A DNA stretch of 64,000 bases from Moniliella sp. 'wahieum' (taxonomy: Eukaryota), in the NCBI GenBank assembly GCA_003971905.1, contig RSEE01000027.1, positions 248,001 to 312,000 on the forward strand. The letters are read 5' to 3'. Below are positions 51,113-62,990 of this stretch, one piece after another (position 1 is the stretch's first letter; every line of letters begins with the position of its first letter). Under the pieces are notes generated by a model, which ran no database searches, was not told the origin of the DNA, and saw nothing but the letters and a program-made list of their open reading frames with translations. A program made the position numbers and the translations under genes.

Positions 51113-52476
51113 ATGTCCGCGACCCCCGACCAGCAGAATCTCAGCAACCCTACCAGTAACCCCCCCGTGCGCCGCAGTGGCCGTTACGCATTGGATGCCT
51201 CGGATGATGGCGGCGATGGCGGCGGTGCTGGCGGTGGCGAGGAGGGCAGAATGGTACACCCCGCCGCTCCGATGGCCCAAGACCCATCTTCCATGGCTGG
51301 ACCCCCCGCTTCTGCAATCGCGCTGGACGAGTTGAATGATGCTCGCGCGGCTCGTCGGCTGCAGGCGGAGAAGCTCCGCGAGGAACGGGCCTACGAGGCC
51401 GAGAAGATTCGCGACGACAATGCCCACGAGGCCGAGAAGATTCGAGTCGATCGCGCCCACACTCAGTTCCGGCGGGAGGCCATGCTGGAGGAGAAACGGG
51501 CGGAGGCTGCAGCGGCTGTTGAGATGCTGCAGCTCTCACAGACGGCAGAGCAAGCGCGCGCTGCTGCTAGCGGTGGTCCCGCCAACGTGCAAGGCCCCGC
51601 CCTTTCCGCCTCCGAGAGCGCCCCGTCCCAGCCGGCACCCGCGTCTCGCGACCTCAAGATGTTCGAGCCTGTCCATTTCCGTCCGTCCTCCAGTGCTCAC
51701 CCCAGCAAGAGTGACCGCATCTCGGCTGAAGAGGTCGTTACTTCCTTTGAGATCTACGCCCGCGTCGCCCTCGGTCGCCACGTCGACGATGCGGAGAAGA
51801 TTGACCGGTTCATGGGATTGATGCAAGGCGAGGCGCTTCGGTGGCTCCGGCAGTACGGGTCGGAGCCCGAACTGCCGTTGGCTCAGCGCACCTCCCCTGA
51901 CCTCCAGTCGTGGCCTGCCTTTCGGACTGCGTTTTTGACCGAATGGGGTGAACGTAACCCGCAGCAGTCAGCGTATGTGGAGTATCGGGCGCTCACTCAG
52001 ACCGGGTCGGCTGCCGACTATGCCGCTCAATTTGTGCGTCTGCTGCGATGCTGGAGCCCCAATGCCCCTCATGAGCAGTACATTGGGACTTTCTGTATGG
52101 GCTGAAACCCAAGGTGCGAGACGGTCTTGCTGCTCGTGGTGAGTCTACACACGTCAATCGGCTGTCGTTTGAGCAGCTGCGCACTGCGGCCATCGATATC
52201 GACGAGTCCCAGACGTTGGGTATGCGCGGCGTTAGTAGGGCTTCTCAGGCTCCGAGCGGGAGCCAGTTTTTTCGGCCCTCGCCGGCCGAACCCGAGCCCA
52301 TGGACCTTAGCGCAGCCGAGGCGCAGGCCACAGAGAGAGCAGCACGATATCGGGAGCGCAGGGCGGAAGGATCCTGCTACTGTTGCGGCTCCCGTGACCA
52401 CCGCATCGCCCGCTGCCCGCTTGCCAGCTCGCCCCCGCCTCAACAGTCCGACTCCTCCACGGCTGGTGCTGTCTGA
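51113..52476 (+). CDS. gag: Gag (capsid + CCHC zinc knuckle)
   Basis: G.A..W, W..F...F..., LTQTGSAADYAAQF, FLYGLKPKVRD (after a 1-bp shift near 52080), PEPMDL, CYCCGSRDHRIARC. Confidence 0.9.
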
Positions 52477-55400
52477 GGCGGCCGTCGGGCCCAGTCGGCC
52501 TTCGCCTGGTTCTTTCACGGTACTTGTTCACTTGCGCCCTGGTTCTTCGTCCTCGTCCCCGTCCCCAGCTCCGATCCCGGTTCTTGCCCTGATTGACTCT
52601 GGTGCCAACAGCGTCTTTATGGATCGTGTCTTCGCTCACCGACACGGCCTGCTTGCCCATCCGCTGGAGTCGCCCTTGTCAGTCCGCGTAGTTGACGGAC
52701 GCCCCATCTCTTCGGGTCTGGTGACCCGGGCGGTGGAGGCATCCGTCGCGGTCGGCTCGCATGTGTCGACCGAGGAATTTTTCCTCACCTCCCTCCACCA
52801 TCCCTTGATTCTTGGCCTCCCCTTTCTCGAGGCCCACAACCCTTCCACCGACCCTCGCACACTTTGCATTTCGACAAACCGCAGTGCCGCGAGCATTGCC
52901 AACCCCAACCCAGCACCAGCACCAGCACCAGCACCAGCACCCGCCCCCGCACCACCAGCACCAGCACCAGCACCAGCACCAGCACCAGCATCTCCCCAAC
53001 CAGTTCCCCCCTCCCCCACATCCGCCGCAGTCCCCCTCTCAGCTTCCGTACCAGTCTGTGCCTCCACCTTCAAACCAGTCCCCCCTCCCCAAGGTACGCG
53101 TCTTCGCTCCTCACCTCCGGTACCACCCCTTCCCAGTCCTCCCTTCCCCTAGCGTGCCGATTGACCTCCTTTCCTTGGAACAGTTTGAAGGAGAGGTGGC
53201 CGCCGATCCCACACCGAGGTATGCGTTGCCCGTCCCAGTGACCCAGCTTTGGTCATTTCGTCTGTTTCCGTTGCAGAGGGTCCAGAGCCAGTGTTCCCTG
53301 ACGAGTTTGACACCCCGGAGTATGTCGACCACGTCCGGAAAACGGTGCCTACCCGCTACCATGCCTATCTTGATGCCTTCTCCAAGTCTGGCGCCAAGAC
53401 GCTTCCCACCCATCGTGCGGCCGACCATTCGATCGACCTCGTGCCCGGCGCTACTCCCACCTTCACTCGTCTCTATCCCCTCTCTACGGGCGAGATGGAT
53501 GCCCTGGGCCGTTGGATTGACGAAAATTTGGCCTCTGGGTTCATTCGCCCGTCTAAATCGCCGTTTGGGGCGGGTGTTCTCTTTGTTAAGAAGAAGGATG
53601 GCTCGCTCCGACTGTGTGTAGACTATCGTGCTCTCAACTCCATTACCATCAAGAATCGTATGGCCCTCCCCTTGATTAGTGACTCGCTCGATCGCTTGTC
53701 CGGGGCTCGCGTTTTTACCAAGCTTGACCTCCGTGGGGCGTACAACCTTTTGAGGGTCAAGGAGGGCGATGAGTACAAGACGGCTTTTCGTACCCGGTAT
53801 GGTCACTTTGAGTCGCTCGTCATGCCGTTCGGTCTCTGTAACGCGCCCGCCACTTTCCAAGCCATAATGAATGATCTCCTCCGGGACTCCTCGACGTCTC
53901 GGTGCTGGCATATTTGGACGATATTTTGGTATTCTCGTCGGACGAGAAGGCACACGAGGAGCATGTTGCCGAGGTGTTGCGGCGTCTGCAGCGCGCAAGG
54001 CTTTACCTTAATCCGGACAAGTGCCAGTTCCACACATCCCAGACTGAGTATTTGGGCTATGTCGTTTCGCCCACGGGGATCGGAATGGATCCTGCTAAGG
54101 TGGAAGCGATCAAAGCATGGCCGACGCCCAAGACCAGTCGCCAAGTTCAGGTGTTCCTTGGGTTTGCCAATTACTATCGCCACTTCATTCGCTCCTATGC
54201 CCGCATTTCGGCACCCCTTTCCGACCTCACCCGCAAGACACAGCGGTTTGATTGGACGCCTGCCTGCCAAAGCGCCTTCGACGACCTCAAGAGGGCCTTC
54301 GCTTCTCCCCATGTCATTTGCCATTTTGACCCCAGTCGGCCACTCCGCATTGAGACTGACGCATCGGATGCCGCCTTGGGTGCCGTGCTGGCCCAGCAGG
54401 ACAAACATGGTCGTTGGCGGCCTGTCGCCTTCCATTCCCGCAAGCTTGTCGCAGCCGAACTCAACTATACCACGTCTGAGAAGGAGGTGCTTGCCATTGT
54501 GGCGGCCGTCGAAGTGTGGCGCCACTATGTTGAGAGCGTCGATACGGTCCAGGTGCTTACGGACCACGAGGCGATCGCTACCTTCCGCCGGCCGCGCCTC
54601 CTGAACCGCCGGCAGGGCCGGTGGCGTCAGACCTTGTCGCCCTACCGGTTACTCATGGTGTATCGCTCCGGGACGAAGAATGCTGCCGCTGATGGCTTGT
54701 CCCGTCGCCCCGATCTTTCCATCGGCTCTCGCCCTGCCGAGGCTGCCCCCCAGACCCTGCTGGAGCCTGTCTCTGAGCGTTCGGCTGCTGTGCTCGAGCT
54801 CATGTCCACTCAGCCCGACGCGCCGTTGGTGGCGCGCTTGTCGGCCGACGAGATCCAGCAGCGCATCCGCGACTTGGTGCCCCGCGCCCCCGTTGGGCCG
54901 TTGCGATCTCCCCGCGACCCCCCCCTCATGCTCTTACCGTTCGCGATGGCTCCTGTGGCATGGGGAGCAGATCTATGTCCCCCCGATGCCCTCTCCGCGC
55001 GGCTGTCCTTTTCCAGGCCCACGACTCCGCGCTGGCAGGACACGAAGGGCGGGACAAGACTCGGTTGCGTGTGCGGTCGCAGTATTGGTGGCCCCGCCTG
55101 TCGGCCGACGTGTGGGCATATGTGCGCTCTTGCGACCGTTGTCAGCGGACCAAAGTGCCGCGGCGTCCTCCCGCTGGCTTGCTTCAACCCTTGGCCCCAC
55201 CTCAAGGCCCGTGGACTCATTTAACGATGGATCACATCACCCAGCTTCCACCCTCGAAGGGGTTCGATGCCATCTTGGTCGTGGTGGACAGGTTCACTAA
55301 GATGGCGCATTTCATTCCTGCCCACACAACGGACACGGCGCCGCGGCTTGCCCACCAGTTTGTTCACCACGTTTTCCGCTACCATGGGTTGCCGCGCGAC

Positions 55401-56344
55401 TTGGTCAGCGACCGTGGTCCTACCTTTACGAGCCACTTTTGGAGGGCCCTGTGCAGTGACTTGGGCATCCACTCGAGCCTCAGCACGGCGTATCACCCCC
55501 AATCGGACGGGCACGACGGAGAGAGTGAACCAGGTGCTCGAGCAGTACCTTCGTTGCTACCTGGATGAGCAGCAGTCAAACTGGATTGATCTTCTTCCCA
55601 CGGCCGAGTTTGCTTACAACTCTTCTCCCCACTCCAGCACAGGCGCGTCCCCCTTTTTCCTTACGTATGGCTACTCGCCCCGCGGTGAGTTGGCGGCTGC
55701 GTCGTCGGCCGTGCCGGACGCTGCATCGTACCTCGAGGGCCTCCGCTCGGCCCAGGCCGTAGCTCGGAAGACGCTGGCCGCTGCCCAGGAGCGGTATCGG
55801 CACTACGCTGATCAGCATCGCACCGAGGCCGACACCTTTGAAGTTGATCAACCGGTTTTGGTTCGGCGCGATGGCTACTTCTCCACCCAACGTCCCTCCG
55901 ACGGGTTGGATTATCGCTACCTTGGTCCCTTTCCCATTGTCCGTGCTGTCGGACGTGCTGCGTACCAGGTTCGCTTGCCTGATTGGCTTCACATTCACGA
56001 TGTGTTCCACCTCTCCCGGTTGCGCGCCTATAGCCCAGGCGACGAGGTCTCTAACCGCTTGGTCGAGCCCCCTCCCCCCCTTCCCGAGTATGCCGACGGG
56101 GGCGTTCATCACGAGGTCCAAGAGGTTCTTGACTCCCGCCGTAAGGGTCGCGGTGGACGTCTCGAGTACTTTGTCCATTTCCGAGGCTACCCGGTCCACG
56201 AGCGGGAGTGGGTGCCAGCCGCGGACATGTCCCACGACGCCGACCCGGTGGTTCGTTTCCATGCGATGTACCCGACAAGCCTGTTTCCCGCTCCCGTCGC
56301 ATTGCCCTTGCCCGCCTCCTCCGAAGCCGGGGAGGTGAGGTCTG
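52477..56344 (+). CDS. pol: Pol polyprotein (protease, RT, RNase H, integrase, chromodomain), with frameshifts
   Basis: [62 protein letters not shown] (H..AGH..CDRC); [37 protein letters not shown]. Confidence 0.93.
52910..52990 (+). repeat. (CCAGCA)n microsatellite encoding (Pro-Ala)n between protease and RT
   Basis: Two runs of CCAGCA, in frame with the protease ORF (PAPAPA...). Confidence 0.9.
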
Positions 56345-56699
56345 AAAGGGGGCAATGTCACCGAATGACTAAGCTCGCTCCAATTTCCAATTCCGCATCC
56401 TGTGTCTCTCTCTTCCCTTCCCTTTTGCTTCTGTTCTCTGCCTGATGCCTTCTGTTTCCTCCCACGAACGATCTTGCCTTTCCCCCCGCCTCTGACAGGA
56501 CCTTGGTCTCCCTCGTTTAGCCCCGACTGTTACAAACGGCAGCCGGGGTACCCTGTACCCGGAAACCAGAAACCTTTGGCGAATAAGAGAAGCGGAACCT
56601 ACCCCCAAAAACCCCGCCAGCCACCCCTCCCCGCTGTTCTTTGTTGGAAGTTGGACCTAGCTGTCCCGCTTAGCCTGACAGCGACGCGCGCCCTCCGTC

Positions 56700-57070
56700 T
56701 TTGTTCAACGTTCAACGTTCAACGTTCAACGTGTTCAACTGATTTGTCGATCTGTTTGAGGAGATGGGGTCGGTCAGCGCTGCTCAGCGCTGAGGCTCAG
56801 CGCTCAGGCCGCCAACCGGGCACACGTCGTTTTGACGTGTTGACGCCGCGGATGCCGAACATTGGGCACATATTCAGCTCGCAGACGGTTGTTTTCCCAG
56901 ACGGTTGTCTAGCGGTGGACACATTGGTCGGCCGGGGGACTGTCGAATACATTGTATCTGAAACACGCTCTCCGTCTTCACGTGCATCACGCGTGATGGT
57001 CACATGTCACATGTCACATGTCACTGTCACGGTGCCTGACGCGTAACGCGTAACGCGTGTAACTAGTTAC
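56700..57070. repeat. Third (TNA + 4-bp palindrome) micro-array cluster
   Basis: (TCA-ACGT)x4 (56705); TCA-GCGC-TCA (56797); (TCA-CATG)x3 (57000); TGA-CGCG-TAA-CGCG-TAA (57037); TAA-CTAG-TTA (57060). Confidence 0.85.
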
Positions 57071-60000
57071 TCCGGTTTCTCGTCCCGGCACTGCCCCGAC
57101 CCCTCCGTCACTCCCTGCTTGGTGTGCCAGTGTGCCGCGCACGCAAACTCTCCGTTTGGTGGCAACGGGATGCTTCACGTGTTGTCTGGTGCTGGTCGCT
57201 ACAGGGTTACCGGTTATGCCTCCAGCTGCTCTGCATGCTATACCCTGCTATATCGACCACTGACGATCACAGGCATCACATCCCACATTCTACATGGCAC
57301 GGTGCCAAGAGCGGTGTATATACCACAGAAGCCTCTGTCGGCCTATACCAGCCGGCACTTCCTGTACCTCGTTCAACATTCACATATTCACATGTTCACA
57401 CAGGTCCATACCAGAAGATAGACTTCAAGCGTCAAGCTTCAGCTTCAAAATGCTTACTATTATACCGTGGTCGCCACTCGCGCGGGCCATCGCGCAAGAA
57501 TACACCGCCCCACCCGAAAGTGATGGCATAGTGACATATTAGCCATGTCGGCACTGCCTTGATGGACCCATGACGAGGGCCCCGTGTCTCCACCCAGCGC
57601 CGACCGAGACAGACTTTGTGGCCCACGTGCCGTGCCTGGAACGGATGGCCTGGCGAGTATTAGCGCTTAGCGCACTAGTGCATTTTAGCGCATTAGCCAT
57701 GTTTCGTCCCTTTGCGGCCGGAGCCAACGCGTCTTCACGAAAGCTTCCCGCATGCCAAGAGGCTCGAGTCCTGCCGGTCGAGTTCGACTGTGTCAACTGT
57801 GTCTAGACCAGGCTACCGCAACCCACACGCGCCTTCCTGGAACAAAGGTCCACTCCTCCTTCCGTCTCGCTCCACGCCGTTGCCGCCGACATCTTGACGG
57901 ATATAGTAACACAATGCCTTTTATGGCACGGCCTGGTATGCTGTTGGACGGTGCATCAGGACAAATTTTCCCGCTCTGTATGGGTATTTTCCCCTCGCAC
58001 TAAGAGTCTGAAGTCGCTGCCATGTCGTGCTGTGGTTCCCCCTCAAATGGCTTGATCGCGCTTTTATGCGCGACGACTCGTCTGTTGTGCAGAGTTATAA
58101 TAGGATGACTGATGGTGGGGCCAAATTCAAGCCCCTTTTCGCAATGGAGTGGCCGAGGCTTGAGGGCAGCGCTCCGGTAGCGCTCCCAAGAGCATGATCC
58201 CGCCGCCATTGAAGCCTTAGAGCAACCCCCGCGTCTTGGCACGCGTATCTCGGCCCTATCTCTCGACTCTGATCATGGATCATGGCCGAGGACGTATGAC
58301 CACAAAGGACGCCGGCTACTCTCGGTTCTGGTAACAATCGCATCGCCAATGATACTCTCCCTGACCTTCCCCCTTTCGTACAGCTTCGGGCGTCCTTACG
58401 GCACATCATCCTGATTCATCTCCCATTTGTTGCTCTGCTATCTGTTTTGCCAGTGGCACAAAGGCCTCATGACGGAAACCGAAAAGGAGGGCATCCATCT
58501 CGGATACGAGATATCCCCTCCTGTTACTGAATCTCATCCGCGTTCATCGCGACGAAGACCGCTGGGTCGATGTCAATGACTGCAGCCTTTCTTTCCTGTG
58601 CGCCCACCTTTCGTGGAAGGTGACGACGAAGACCGCCACCGTCTCCTTTGCACCGCAGCCGGAGGTCGCCGACCCCGAATTTATTCTTCAATACAGGCCA
58701 AACGCATCGCACCTATGATCACCCCCATGTTCGCCAGTTTCGTCTCCGAAGCTGGGCAAATTGTCCCTCCCCCCTTTGCTGGTAGTGGTAACATTGATGC
58801 ACCTTCGGTTCCACCAGCCCATCAATTGGGCTACGCGATGGCCGCCAATAAGGGCATATGGCCCCTCTGAATCTCCTAACTTAATCTCCTCCTTCTTGCT
58901 GTCGAGGGTTAGTAGGGAGCTTCGTGTAGTAACGCGATTTGAATATGTGGTCGAACGATTTGGCGCCCTACTGGTGTACATTGTTATTGCATTATTACGA
59001 CCTGTGAGCATTATGTTCGCATCATGTCGATGTGGCCTTGCTCTCCGGAGGTGTACCAACCGTCAGAGTCATCAAGTATAACGCGCGCACCGCCACTCAC
59101 GGGGACTTGTAGCCTTTGTGACCGCATTTTTGGCTTTGCATCCTCCATATTTTCTCCCCTCCCGACTAACGGCTCTAATGTGTTCGTCTCTCGCGAGTAT
59201 GAAAACTTTGGCTTCTTTTTCCTGAGAGCTCTTTCGATTGCAAAAGGCGGCCTATAACCTCTCGGCTCTGTCGAAGGAGGACCTTCATTTGTCCCCCCAC
59301 CTAAGGCTGATGAGAGGTGCCGCATATGGCCACTAAGCGGGATGTCTACGGTCGCACACAGTCCGGACGTGCCTGGTCCTGCTATATTTTGCCAAAATCT
59401 TACCTGATGAGAGCGTGCTGAGTGGCATCCCTTTTCTAGCAACACATCGCTAGTGTTGAACGAGCCTTGTCTCGTGCCTTGCTCGCAACGACATTTCCAG
59501 CCCTAATACTGGTCGTGTCATTTTATGGTCAAGTTTCCTTTTTTGGTAGTCCCTCTTGAGGCCAAGGTGTTGGCTCTGATGTTTTCTTACTTCGGTTTTC
59601 CATTTTGTTCTTCTGCGGGCAGACCCCGTGACGCCTGGCTTGTAGTTGTCCCTGTAGGCGTAAGTGGCTGGTCTAGAGACCACCCTAATCACCATCGAGA
59701 GGCATATCAAAGCTGCAAGTCTCATCGTAAAGCCCCCACCTGATGAGGAAATGTGAGGATCGAGCGTGCATCCCAAAGGGAACATATCCCCTGTGGGACA
59801 GACGTCTCGTGGCCTTGATTGCTTGAACGGTACGTTTTGCCGCGTTGCGGTTGCGTGTGGGTGTGTTCGAGAGAGAGTCATCATCCTCATCAGCGACCTA
59901 TACATTCTTCCGCGCTGGATGCGGCCAGCAAGGGATGACAGCGACGGCGCCTGTTTTCAAAAAAGATCCATGGTGGCTGGCTGGGCTATGGGAGACGCGT

Positions 60001-60680
60001 TGCTAGCGCAACGGCTTTGAACATGTGGCGCCAGGGGGAGCGGTTCAAACGTTCAACTTCCGTACATGGCACATGGCACAGCGCGTTTGCACGTTCAACT
60101 TGAACGTTCAATATTCAAGCTCAGCCGCGGCTTGGCACGGCAGGCACTGCTCGGCAGAGGATGGAGTTGTGGCAGTTGTGGCCCCGGGGCCGAGGGAAGC
60201 CAGCGAAGCATACGCACTGGCGCCCTGCACAGACGCACTGCGTGCTGAGTACCTGGGCTGGCGCCCCGCGCAATCCAAAACAACACGACACTGCCCCCGG
60301 GCGGCGGTGCACACTCCAAGCAGCGCTGGGCGCTGGCTGGTTCCTTGCAGCCGCGCGCTGGAGCGCATGCATGGTGCATGACATGCATGACATGCATGAC
60401 ACTGGCCAGGGGCGGCGGCATTACTTGGCGACGGGCGACATGTGGCTGCCAGGGCCAGTGACACTAGTGACAGCGGCCGATGAGGTGAGCTCACCGGTGA
60501 CCCCCCTCCAGGCGAAGGCGCTTCGGGCATAAAACTTTTAGTGCTCCGCCGGAGCAAGCCGCAGCCGACGCAGACAGCACAGACACCACGACACCCCAGG
60601 ACAACCCCGAGTGCTTGCTTCTCGGCCACCGCCACCGCCACCGCCCCTCGCTGCCTCCGCCACACTCTGCTCCGGGCAGC

Positions 60681-62990
60681 ATGCCTACCGACGTAGGCAC
60701 CAACCAGGATGGCGAGCCGGTGCCATCCGCTCACATGGGTGGGTACTCCAGCCTCACGGGCGCAGGCGAATGCAACACCACAATGGCTATCCGTGATCTG
60801 ACCTTCTCCCCCCCTTCGCTTCGCCGCAGGCAACCTGACGCCCGAGCAGTCGCTCAAGCTCCGCCAGTTCTACACCAAGCTCCACCATCTATCTCGCCAA
60901 CACCTCGACGTCTCCGACGCTCTCAAGCGTCGCGGCGGCCCTGCTGCTGTGCCCAAAACAGAGCGAACCCCCGCTAAGGCCACCAAGCCTTCCCGCACCA
61001 CCACTCCCGCCGACGACGGCGCTAAAGACGATGCCAAGCTCCACGCCGAGCAGCGCCAGATGGATGTATTCCTCCGCACATATGGCGGCGACTACCTCCG
61101 CACTGCATTTTACGATTTTGTTCAGGTATGTCCCCCCTCCGCTTTGCGCATCCTTTGTCCTCAGACCTGCAACCGACGCGTGGCACTCTTTTTCTCCTTC
61201 ACAGGCCGACTATATCGATGCCTCGGCCCTGCGCTTTCTGCGCGCACGCAAGTGGGATGTAGATCGGGCCATCGCCATGCTGTGCTGCCATCGGCTTCCG
61301 CCTGGACAATGATCTGATGGGTTTGCTGGCCCAAGGCGAGAATGGGTTGAAGGATGTGCCCGGGTTTCTCAACCAGATGCGTCGTGGCATCTCCTATGTC
61401 CGCGGCAATACCGACTCGCCAGGCGAACACCCACTTTACTTTATTCATGTTGCGCGGCATTATGCCAACGCGCAATCGTCCGAAACGCTCGAGCGTTTCG
61501 TCCTGTTGGCCATGGAAGCCACCCGACTGCTATGCAGTCCTCCGATGGAAAAGGCTGTCGTTGTCGTTTTCTCTCTGGAAGGCTTTGGCATCAGAAACAG
61601 TGCGTTCCTTTCTCCTTTGCTTCGTCTTCGTGGCCTGCCCCACTGACTATCATGGTGCCTGTCTTGCAGTGGATTGGAACTGTGTTACGTTCCTTGTGCA
61701 ATGCCTTGAGGCATATATCCCGAATCGTTGCATTGTATCTATGTCCATGGTGCTCCTTGGATCTTCCGTGGCATCTGGCAAGTCTCTCTCCTATGCTCGA
61801 CCCCGTCGTGCGGGAGAAGATCAAGTTCACCAGCAAGGCACAGGATCTAGAGGCGCACATTCCTTCCTACAAGCTCCGAGTTGCTATGGGTGGCACCATG
61901 GACTGGGAGTGGGACTACACCGAACCTGATCCTCGCGAGAACGAGTTACTTGAGCGCACGGACATTGCTGATCGTATCCGAGCCGAGCGTGACGAGCTCT
62001 GGGCCCAATTTGACAGGTTACGTTCGATTGGTGCCAAGCCGCGTCGGACGAGGCGGTTCCCGAGCTGACGTTCCGCCGACTCGTGCTCCAAAAACAGATC
62101 CGCCTCAAGCAGCTCCAACTGAACCTTACGTTCGCGCCATCAACGTCTACCAGCGTCAAGGTATCCTGAATGAAGCCAACTCCCATACATGGAAGTACCC
62201 TCAAGCCAATGCACCCGCTCTTAGCCAGACCGTGGGCAGTCGCCATGACATCCCAGCGTTGTTCCAATGGCTCGTGGACAATAAGCAAGACGTCTTCCTT
62301 GACTCGTATGGAACACGTTTTGGGGCTTGCGGCCTTGCCCGCCCACCCGAATTGATCCCAAGCTGGGTGCACAAACATGGCGGACCCGTCCCCATCCCTG
62401 CCTTGGCTACTAATCCCTCCTGCAACCACCCCGCCCTCGCCCCCACCGCCACCACACCACCACATCGACTATCGCCCCTCCCCGCCAGGGCTCTGTATCG
62501 CTGGCTCACGCTTCGTCCACCTCTACCGCTGCCGCGCCATCACAACCTCCTTATAAGGAGACGTTCTTGCCAAAAGAGGACGCCGCCGTTGCAACGATTG
62601 CATCGGCAACTGCTGTGGCGGTCGATTCAACTGTGAACGGACTTTCTCATACTGCCTCTCGCTCTTCGTCGGACCTGTCAATTGTATCAGGGAACGAAGG
62701 GTATCGACGACGCCTGAGTATGGGTATGGGGAGGTGGACATGTAAAGAGACTGGCGGAAGCAATGCCTGGCAACGCAATGATTCCTTCTTGGGCACCGAT
62801 CGGTCAGTGTCCCGTTCCGAGGTTGATGAGAGCTTAGCCGATTCAATTTTGGCTCACAGTGCCGCTTACGGGAGGAGGAGGAGGGTATCGAGTCGAGTGG
62901 GGAGGAGTCGATCGGCACGGACGCCATGTCAGACGACTCAGATCCGCCTACGACGTCTGTGCGACCGGATACATCCCCACCACAAGCCAC
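60681..62990 (+). CDS. CRAL-TRIO/Sec14-like lipid transfer protein (Csr1/Sfh2-like) plus low-complexity linker; probably the N-terminal part of a fused gene
   Basis: HM|GNLTPEQ (intron ~60739-60830); D..ALRFLRARKWDVDRAIAML; FLNQMRRGISYVRG; FSLEGFGIRN|.DW; LEAY.PE..; HGAPWIF; LDPVVREKIKFT; MGG..DWEWDY.EP...EN. Confidence 0.88.

Larger units (their letters stand above)
50893..56534 (+). mobile_element. Full-length Ty3/gypsy chromovirus LTR retrotransposon
   Basis: LTRs 50893-51073 and 56356-56534 (TG...CA, differing by a 2-bp indel), flanks TACGG/AACGG, PPT before the 3' LTR, gag-PR-RT-RH-IN-chromodomain order. Confidence 0.97.

Noticed and set aside
52440..52500. Apparent +1 gag/pol frame relationship
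   Set aside because: A true -1 shift plus one deletion error would look identical, so it cannot be judged at this error rate.
53111..56361. Long antisense ORFs over pol (295, 254 and 261 aa) and over other GC-rich genes
   Set aside because: Shadow ORFs expected from GC-rich codon usage; no independent motifs.
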